Shown here piece after piece: positions 1 through 7,600 of a stretch of 32,209 nucleotides of DNA. The notes beneath the pieces were generated by a model that did no database searches, was not told the DNA's origin, and worked only from the letters and a program-made list of their open reading frames with translations. The first letter of the stretch is position 1. Each line of letters starts with the position of its first letter. The stretch is from a virus (lineage: Duplodnaviria > Caudoviricetes): the IMG/VR virus record IMGVR_UViG_3300017705_000119, positions 1-32,209 of that record. One strand, written 5' to 3'. The translations under genes were made by a program, and so were the position numbers.

Positions 1-134
1 CCGTTGTCCTTTAGGAGACGGATGGCTGCAACAATGTCAGCAGTCGAGGCTTCGTCAGTGGAAATCCTATTCATTAATTCTTCAGCCACCATGGTATGGA
101 GGTGAGATAGGAGATTTTGTATTTTATCAGACAT
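1..134 (-). CDS. Terminase small subunit (T7 gp18-like DNA maturase A), truncated at window edge
   Basis: Not in the ORF track. Manual translation from ATG at 134 gives MSDKIQNLLSHLHTMVAEELMNRISTDEASTADIVAAIRLLKDNG, matching the LH..VA.EL..RI..GEA..AD...A...LKDNG pattern of T7-like small terminases; expected position after the tail/lysis genes. Confidence 0.8.
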   Translation of the reverse strand, partial: MSDKIQNLLSHLHTMVAEELMNRISTDEASTADIVAAIRLLKDN

Positions 135-444
135 GGTAGATTCTTATTTGAAACAGTGTGAAAAAAGGCTTCGCTTTGGATGCCCGTTAAATTACCCAGT
201 TCGAGTTACCCGTCCGAAGACGGCTGCAGAACATGGTAGTTGTGAATTGAAAGGCTCCGAGGGGAGGGAGTATTTTTTAATTCGCATAAACGCCTGTCTT
301 GATGAAGTAGGGGCGGTTGATACTTTGATACATGAATGGGCTCATGCGTTGTGTGAAGGCTTTGGATTCACAGTTGTTGACCATGGTCCAGAGTGGGGAG
401 TATGTTTTGCTCGGTGCTATTGTGTAGTACATGATGAGAGGTAA
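133..444 (+). CDS. Small SprT-like zinc metallopeptidase (HExxH)
   Basis: DTLIHEWAH (HEWAH at 331-345) followed by DHGPEW, the HExxH...HGxxW/F arrangement of SprT-like zincins; fills a gap with no long minus-strand ORF. Confidence 0.7.
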   Translation: MVDSYLKQCEKRLRFGCPLNYPVRVTRPKTAAEHGSCELKGSEGREYFLIRINACLDEVGAVDTLIHEWAHALCEGFGFTVVDHGPEWGVCFARCYCVVHDER

Positions 445-447
445 GAG

Positions 448-756
448 TTACTCTTTGTCCTTCTTGAACTTCTCATTGTAGAGCATAATAACGTGGTCAA
501 GAGGTAACCTAAGAACACAGAATAGAGCAGACAAGAACCCAGTGATTGGAGCTCTCATACTTGGGAATACGAAGACCAATAGGACACTGAGCCAGGCCCA
601 TTGCCATACAGTATCCGTAGTCTCTTTCATTACCGCACCAACTGCAGTAGTGGGAGCAGATGAGCCGACTGATGTAGACATGTTCGGGAGGTCTGGGACA
701 AGTGAACTACATCCAATGAGCAGAAGCCCAGCTATAATTAGAACTAGATACTTCAT
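448..756 (-). CDS. Lipoprotein with C-terminal hydrophobic helices (possible unimolecular spanin-like protein)
   Basis: MKYLVLIIAGLLLIG-C lipoprotein signal, Ser/Thr/Pro-rich linker, hydrophobic WQWAWLSVLLVFVF and a basic tail; overlaps the upstream stop (ATGA). Confidence 0.55.
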   Translation of the reverse strand: MKYLVLIIAGLLLIGCSSLVPDLPNMSTSVGSSAPTTAVGAVMKETTDTVWQWAWLSVLLVFVFPSMRAPITGFLSALFCVLRLPLDHVIMLYNEKFKKDKE

Positions 757-986
757 TTGACTCCCACCGAAGATACAAACAGTGAGATGACAGCAGCAGC
801 AAACGAGCAGACGCCTACCAACATTGCCTTACTTCCTTCCAATGCTCGAATACGCTGGTCGTGAAGGTTTAGACTTTCGTTTAAGACTTTCGAGGTAGCT
901 ATTAATGCGTCTACTTTCCCCTCTAGCCTTCCTAAAGCTATCAATATTTCGCGGTCTTCCACTTGACTAGATGAAGATGGGGACAT
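753..986 (-). CDS. Coiled-coil protein with C-terminal TM helix (XhlA/holin-like)
   Basis: IALGRLEGKVDAL...HDQRIRALEGSKAMLVGVCSFAAAVISLF; start moved to ATG at 986 because the upstream region is occupied by ORF 967-1122. Confidence 0.6.
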   Translation of the reverse strand: MSPSSSSQVEDREILIALGRLEGKVDALIATSKVLNESLNLHDQRIRALEGSKAMLVGVCSFAAAVISLFVSSVGVK

Positions 987-1122
987 CAATAACAACAGAC
1001 CCAGGACAGCTATCTGCAATGGGCAACATTAGAGGAACAGGGACAGCGCAGGACATACATAGAAGTACAAACACGGCGAGGATGGCTATAATAGCCGCTA
1101 GTTTTTCTTTCTTCTTACTCAT
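967..1122 (-). CDS. 51-aa putative lipoprotein (o-spanin-like)
   Basis: Below the ORF-track cutoff: MSKKKEKLAAIIAILAVFVLLCMSCAVPVPLMLPIADSCPGSVVIDVPIFI; basic N-region, hydrophobic core, Cys, Pro-rich mature part; start overlaps the upstream gene end (ATGAGTAA). Confidence 0.6.
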   Translation of the reverse strand: MSKKKEKLAAIIAILAVFVLLCMSCAVPVPLMLPIADSCPGSVVIDVPIFI

Positions 1123-1600
1123 CTTTGTCAATTTGTTTGTGAACAATGTCCGACATTAGTTCAACAGGGTCTTTAGGTTCTGACACGTCGGTGATGCCTT
1201 TAAGAATTGCACTAATCTGTGTAACGACTAGCGTGATAAGTGTAGCCACGATGGCTAAGTTTTCTCCATCTGTAAATTGGACAGAGCCCAGGAATGCAAG
1301 CACGAGTAGGCATAAGTAGAACGCACCAAACACAGCAAGGTGCTTACCTGCCTTTTCCTTAGCCGACTCAGTAGCCTTGATAGTATCTATCTGACCCTTG
1401 AGGTTGGCTTTACGTAGCAGTAGCTCACCCTTAATCTCTGCCATGCGAAGCTGAATAGCCTCCTTGGTAGAACCGAGTAGCTGTGCTTCCTTAGCGTCCT
1501 TGCTTGCAGAGGTTTCTGGCTTCACCTTGTGAGGTGTACCATTCTCTATGATTTCGATAGCTTCTTCTGGCTCGATGTAATCTTTCTTGGACTTAGCCAT
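1115..1600 (-). CDS. Membrane protein with two TM helices (holin candidate)
   Basis: Charged coiled-coil N-terminus, then two hydrophobic segments (LAVFGAFYLCLLVLAFLGSV; LAIVATLITLVVTQISAIL); located between tail fibre genes and terminase. Confidence 0.55.
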   Translation of the reverse strand: MAKSKKDYIEPEEAIEIIENGTPHKVKPETSASKDAKEAQLLGSTKEAIQLRMAEIKGELLLRKANLKGQIDTIKATESAKEKAGKHLAVFGAFYLCLLVLAFLGSVQFTDGENLAIVATLITLVVTQISAILKGITDVSEPKDPVELMSDIVHKQIDKDE

Positions 1601-1607
1601 AGGTTAA

Positions 1608-1889
1608 TTATTTAGGATACTTATCCTTTACGGCTTGGATTTCTGCAGCCATCTCCGCAGGGAATACCCCAGCATGAAAGAGTGCGTCGAGTTGTTCACC
1701 GATTGGTGGGTACTCAGCAGCTCTCTTGTTTTTATAAGCCACCGCGTCTGCGGCCGCCTGAAGTTCTGCAGCCTTTGCGGAGATAGCAGCTTCATCAAAT
1801 GAAACAGCCTCGTGGTTGCTATCATAAGCCCCAAGGTGGTCAATGGTGACAACAGAAGGATATAAAGCTCTAATTGCTTGATGTCTCAT
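1608..1889 (-). CDS. Tail fibre assembly/chaperone-like protein
   Basis: RAAEYPPIGEQLDAL...VKDKYPK motif common in small proteins following aquatic phage fibre genes; ATGA coupling to the upstream gene. Confidence 0.65.
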   Translation of the reverse strand: MRHQAIRALYPSVVTIDHLGAYDSNHEAVSFDEAAISAKAAELQAAADAVAYKNKRAAEYPPIGEQLDALFHAGVFPAEMAAEIQAVKDKYPK

Positions 1890-2467
1890 GCTCCAATCTC
1901 CATAACGGTTAGAGTAGAAATTGTCCGACCAAACGAAGTGTTATCAGTATCAGTCGCGGTACGGTTTAAGTAAAAAGTCGAACCATCTAAATTGACTTGC
2001 AACTTATATGTTTGCTCGCTCGTAGATGAGGGGCTATCCAGAAACGTCATACTACGAGTAGTCGTGGATTGGTTGCTATAACTAGAACCCCAAGCCGCGC
2101 ACTGGATGCGATTACTTGCTGCAGTACCTACAGACAAGTCTGTTGCACCACGCAAAGCTTTTATTGCTGCGAAAGATGTCGTGCTGCCCATATCGTAATT
2201 TAGGTTAACCATTAGTAATATTTTACTTGTGGTTGCCGAAGGGGTTATTGCGACTGACATTCCAGTTATGTCTGTGTAGCTGGTAGATGCTGTTGAGAAA
2301 GTAGCGTCGGCTAAAGATGTGTGAACAACTTGTAGAACTTTCCCACCACTGACAGAGGTAGGGATAACAGCACTAGGTAACTTCGCCGTACCATCCAACA
2401 CAGGAATATTTCCTGCTGCTGACCCCAACGTAATGTCGGAGATTAATGCGGTAGAGGATTCAGTCAT
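1886..2467 (-). CDS. Short tail fibre / receptor-binding head-domain protein
   Basis: LDGTAKLP linker then GGKVLQVV...STSYTDITGMSVAITPSATTSKIL...QTYKLQ...TLTVMEIG, a beta-rich domain common in aquatic phage tail modules. Confidence 0.6.
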   Translation of the reverse strand: MTESSTALISDITLGSAAGNIPVLDGTAKLPSAVIPTSVSGGKVLQVVHTSLADATFSTASTSYTDITGMSVAITPSATTSKILLMVNLNYDMGSTTSFAAIKALRGATDLSVGTAASNRIQCAAWGSSYSNQSTTTRSMTFLDSPSSTSEQTYKLQVNLDGSTFYLNRTATDTDNTSFGRTISTLTVMEIGA

Positions 2468-2862
2468 TAGCTACAACCAAATCTTATATAGACATAAGCA
2501 GTTTTCGATGCGGCTAACGTGAAGTAACACGACAGAGGCATTGCGAAAGATGGGATGATGAGGGGCTGAGTGGCATCACCTGACACACATGGGTAGTATT
2601 GACCAGAAGCTACATTTGAGCCGGTCACTTCCATGAAAGCTTGGTCAGCTGCAGGAACAGAATACTTACCCGTATCAGCAACAACAGACGAACCATCGTC
2701 TACTGCTGGGAGGTATGCTTTAATTGTTCCGGTGCATGAGCCGAAGACTGAGGTAGCACCACGTAAATCAATAAGTGTGCTCCTTAAGTTTTCAGCATCT
2801 GAAACCAGCTTGTAGATGATTTCGTTTGAAGTTCGTTTTACTATTTCTTGGGAAAAAGCCAT
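2467..2862 (-). CDS. Hypothetical protein in tail module
   Basis: 131-aa ORF, TAATG coupling to the next gene, beta-strand-like pattern; no recognisable motif. Confidence 0.7.
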   Translation of the reverse strand: MAFSQEIVKRTSNEIIYKLVSDAENLRSTLIDLRGATSVFGSCTGTIKAYLPAVDDGSSVVADTGKYSVPAADQAFMEVTGSNVASGQYYPCVSGDATQPLIIPSFAMPLSCYFTLAASKTAYVYIRFGCS

Positions 2863-2915
2863 GAGATTAAATTATTATATTTGTAGTTAGAGAGAGGGTT
2901 TGGTGTGTTTGTGGT

Positions 2916-4610
2916 TTAGACAACGGTAAGCATACCTTTGTAATAATAGGAACTATTGCTGCCCATATTAGAAGCGCCATGCTCGAAATCGACATACGTG
3001 GTGTTGGGCTGTGTGTAGTGATTATAATAATTACCAGTGTCTCCTCTGTTAAAGTGCTGACTAGAGCCTGAGTGGCTGTAGCCGGAAGTATATATCCACT
3101 CGGTTCGATGGTAGTGGTGACTACGTGTAGTATCAAAAGTGATGCGACACCAATCATCGTCGATTTTTGTCACACTAGCCACATTAAACTTTTCACTGCT
3201 ATAAACCGTGATGGTACCATCTCTTGTTACCTTGAAGTAGACTCGAGCCCATATACTGCCACCACCAGGCTCTATAGTGTAACCAGACAACGTACCGTTA
3301 ACAGTTAAGTCACCTGTTACAGTGGCATCACCGCCAATCGTAGCGTTATCCGAGGTGGTCAATGTTCCTAACGAGGTTGCACCGTCCGACGTAATCTGAC
3401 CCGATACTACTTTATTTGTTAGAACATCGGCACACCGTACTTGACCATCGTGCTGCGGTGAGTAATCCGTAGTTGCAAAATTCCTTCCCTTTATAGTACC
3501 TACCGCAGTTATGGACGTTGTAGCTGTTATCCCTGCGGTTGAGACTAATCCGGCGGCTGTCGTTGTACCAGCAGCGGTCATCGCTCCAGTAGTTGTGACA
3601 GTAGTTCCGGACAAACCTGTAGCAGATATATCTCCTGTAGCCGCAACATCCGTACACACAATGTCACCATCGTCATCTATAGATGCTTTAGTTACGCCGT
3701 CAGAGTTCTTAACTTCTAAAAGTTTTGCAGTTTGACCTACAGCACCTTTCAGGGTGACCGGTGTTTCGGTGGCCCCATTCGCACTTAAGGTTAACGGTGA
3801 GTCAAAGACGTTACGTGTTGTACCAAAGTTTTGAACGTAAATCTCTGTAGCATCTGGTGGGCAGTTAGTATTACCAGTGTTTGAAGGGAAGGCCCCAGTC
3901 TCAAACACAAGTACGTATGCTCCACTACTCTCGACTACCTTGTAGTCTCTTACAGTCACACCATCGTTAGACGAGGGAGCCTGAATAAGACCAGCAACAT
4001 ATACTACGAAGACTTCATTACGAAGTGAGGATGGCGAAGGGGAGGCCAATGTAAAGCTACTTGTCGTAGCATCAGTGGTTGTAAACTTCCAAACTTGTGG
4101 GTTAGTTGTACCCCCACCGTATAAAGCTAGACCATCTACGTAACCTTTAGTCACAGCATCTGAATCACTTACCGCTGTACCTAATGTTTCAATACGTAAG
4201 CTGTCAGCATTCCAAGCGCTATTATCAGCAGACTTTGCTATGCCTCCAACACCAACATCTTGAGCTTCTTGAGCTATGTATAAGTTCTGTATTGCAGCGT
4301 TATCTAAGTCAGCTTCCGTAAGGATTGAACCATCCTGAAAGTCAACTAAACGTCCACCAGCAGTCTTCGGGGTGACACGTTGTATTTTGATAACGGTTCC
4401 ACTTGAAGGTGCAGGGCTAAATACAACTTTAGGAGTAGCTCCTGACTCATCAATAGTGTAGCCAGATGTTTGCTTTCCTGAACCCAGGTAAATGTCGAGG
4501 TGACCACTGGATAGATAAGGTTTACTACCGATGCCGGGCTCATCACTGAAGACGATATTGAAGTCAGTGTCAGTCCCGTTGCCGGTATATTGAACGAAGG
4601 AGTAGGCCAT
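2916..4610 (-). CDS. Tail fibre protein (T7 gp17-like)
   Basis: N-terminal T7-type anchor (YTGNG..TDF..F...; I.I.R.TP; VDFQDGSILTEADLDNAAIQNLYIAQE), DAVTKGYVD motif, Gly/Thr-rich shaft repeats. Confidence 0.92.
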   Translation of the reverse strand: MAYSFVQYTGNGTDTDFNIVFSDEPGIGSKPYLSSGHLDIYLGSGKQTSGYTIDESGATPKVVFSPAPSSGTVIKIQRVTPKTAGGRLVDFQDGSILTEADLDNAAIQNLYIAQEAQDVGVGGIAKSADNSAWNADSLRIETLGTAVSDSDAVTKGYVDGLALYGGGTTNPQVWKFTTTDATTSSFTLASPSPSSLRNEVFVVYVAGLIQAPSSNDGVTVRDYKVVESSGAYVLVFETGAFPSNTGNTNCPPDATEIYVQNFGTTRNVFDSPLTLSANGATETPVTLKGAVGQTAKLLEVKNSDGVTKASIDDDGDIVCTDVAATGDISATGLSGTTVTTTGAMTAAGTTTAAGLVSTAGITATTSITAVGTIKGRNFATTDYSPQHDGQVRCADVLTNKVVSGQITSDGATSLGTLTTSDNATIGGDATVTGDLTVNGTLSGYTIEPGGGSIWARVYFKVTRDGTITVYSSEKFNVASVTKIDDDWCRITFDTTRSHHYHRTEWIYTSGYSHSGSSQHFNRGDTGNYYNHYTQPNTTYVDFEHGASNMGSNSSYYYKGMLTVV

Positions 4611-4613
4611 TAA

Positions 4614-7600
4614 TTAATAATTTAAGATGTCTTGGATATTACGTCCGTATCGCGCTGCGGCTTGACGGCGTTTAGTTTGGATTCGAGATTCAAGTAGTTG
4701 AGGGAACTCTTTCTCTACTTCCCTGTATGCGCGAGACCGATACTTAGAGAGTATCTTTCTCAGTTCGCCTACCTTCGGGTCGTAGTCTGGAGTTTCCACC
4801 ATACGTTGGTAACGTGGAGATTCTATGAGATGCTCTAAGGCTTCTCGTAGAGTCCTGCCATTTAGCTTAACGGTGCTATGTAGTTCTTGCCAGCGGTCAT
4901 AGCTAGTTTGTCCCGACTTGGAAACAACCTCGCGTAAGTCCACTCCGTTCTTATTAGCTTGAGGAGGAGAGAACCCATGTTCACGTGAAGCTAGTTCTTT
5001 CTTTACCACATCACTACTTACTTGTGAATAGGCAAAAGGAGACATGAACTCAAGTCCACCTGGAGCCCAGTAACCTGGCTTCTCAATAGGTTCACCTAGT
5101 AGGTCCCTTCGAGGCATCAGTTTATCAGACATGCCAGGAGTTCGGCTTAACCATTGGTCAGCAGCAGAACGTATCTCGCGGTAGTATGGGTCAGAGTTCA
5201 TGTCCTTAATAAGAGTAGGCATTCCGGCACTGGTAAAGCTACGTGCCCATCTTGCCCCATGAACTTCAGGGTTTGTGAGAGCTTGAACAGCTTGAGTTAT
5301 ACCTTGTAGGTAAGTCTTCTCACGTAGGTTGCGACTAAAGGCCATTGTTGAAGCCATAAAGATGTCCATCAATGGTGCATCATCTTCATTTTCAGCTTGG
5401 TGGGCCATACCTTCTACAAGGTCAGCAGTTACACCGAGGAAACTAGCCCAAGGGTCCAAGCGTTTGTAGCTAATCCAGCCGTCAGCCGTTTTAATTGAGT
5501 ATGGTTGGTTACCTGCGCTCAACCATATTTGTCTTTGTTGTGAATCTTTCGGTCCACCACCAGTTAACTTACCGGCTGTAATAGCAGTGAGTGCAGTAAC
5601 AGTCATCATACTTCCAGTAACCAGACGTCCAACGGCATCAGCCTTTAGATTAGGGTCACCACCGTAGATAGCTTGGTGATACTCAGGCTTAAGCTTAGAC
5701 TTAACTAATGGCCACACGTCAAACATTGGGCTAAGTTGACGGTCAACAAACCATGTAGCTAGGTTTGTCGGGGTATTAACGAAAGGAATAATCAAACGTC
5801 CTACTGGATGCTTGGCAAGTCCTCTTTGAAGGGCTGCACCGGCTCCTTGTATTACACGAGACGCTGGGTTGGCACCTAAGTTCGGGTTGTTAGCTGATGT
5901 GAATGTAGCTTCACGTGCAAGACGTAGACCTTCTTTGGCAATATTGCCGAGGTCGTTGTCCCACATATCATTAAAGAGTTCAGTAGCTTTCTCACGGATG
6001 AGATACTTAGCATCATCACCTGCTTCACCTACTTGTTCACGTGCCATACGTTCAGCTTTGTTCCACATAGTACGGGCGCTATACATCTTCCCGTCCTCAG
6101 TCATAAGGTCGAACTTCTTCTGCACCCATTTCTGCTGTGCGACTCCATCAGAAGGATGAACGTCTTTAGCTTTCTGAGTTAAATCAGCGAGTACGTGAGC
6201 ACGATAGTTTGTCTGTTTAGCAAACTCATCGACAGCTCCCAATGCTCGGAGAGGGAAGGTTCCAACACCATGTAACCAATTCATAACAGTACCAGCAGCA
6301 GTGTTATCTAACCCAGCTACTTCAGCTACATTAGTTCTACCCCGGTGCATACCTGTTGCATCAGTTAGTGAAGACCTGCCGCCTGGGTCAAGCTGACTTG
6401 AACCTTCACGTAGGACTACGGGTATCATCCCTAGACTTTCCATTGCTTGTCTTGGGAGGTTTGCAAGCATAGCTAATTGTTGCTTTGCGTTAGCATCAGT
6501 AACAAGAGCACGACCAATCATCTTCTCAATAGGCATGATGACTGTATTCATCCATGAGCCCATCGCGTTAACCGTCTGTGTCTTAACACCAGATAGTAGT
6601 GATGAGTAGTAAGCTTCCATTAACACGTGACCCCAGCCCATCTTGTAGCGACTGTTGGATACACGCATTGCGTTGACATCACCCTTCTCTATAGCAAGGA
6701 CGGTTTGTTCATACCACTTCTCGCCGTCAACTTTACCGTTTTCGATAGCGTCAACTAGCTTAGTGAACTCTTCGGTTTCTACACCATCGACATACTTGCC
6801 CTCGAGTTCAGTGGTAGTAATTGCAGAACCCTTACCTTTACGCCTACGTGATGCAAACGCACGAGCTAAGGATTCCATGTTTGTAATAACAGAATCAGAC
6901 GCAGCACCTAGTTGTTTCTCAACAACCATTGCTTGAGCAATCATCTGTGGGGAAGGTTCTTTACCTTCTTTCTTCAGGTCACGTATGGCGATGATGTTCC
7001 GCTTATGCTGACGTAACAGCGCAGCTTCAACATCTTGCATCGCATAGATATGAGTAAGTGAATCTTCAAACACTCGTTGACCACTTGTAGCAATCTCAGC
7101 GAGAGCTTCTGTGCCCTCAACATTAGATGTCTCATAAATTGTATGAGCACGTTGTTCAGCAGCAATAAGCTTTTCTTCATACGACATAGCTTTGAAGCGT
7201 TCATTATTACGACGTAGGTCACGTGCTTTGATAAACAAGTCACGCGCTGTGTCATCACTAGATACAAGGTCTGGTCGGCCCTCGAGGTCACTAGGTATGC
7301 TATAGACTTCACCAATGTCAGACGCGGTTGAATCTAGGTAGACAACACTACCATCCTCATTCACGACGTTGCCGTCATACTCGGGAGCACGTTGAGCAGC
7401 TTTCTCTGCTTTAGCTTTACGTGCAGCACCTGTGTTGTCGGGCTCTTGGAATAACTTAGCCGGTTGACCCCCAGGCTCGGCCATCTTCCCACCACGTTCA
7501 AACAAATCGTCAAACACTTGCTTAACTTTAGGGTCAATCTTAACGTCCACTGCTGACCCAGCAACGCGACGATAGATGTCAAGCATAGCTGTAGCTAACG

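Noticed and set aside
2916-3140. DGR variable region in the Asn/Tyr/His-rich tail fibre tip
   Set aside because: No template repeat or reverse transcriptase visible in the window
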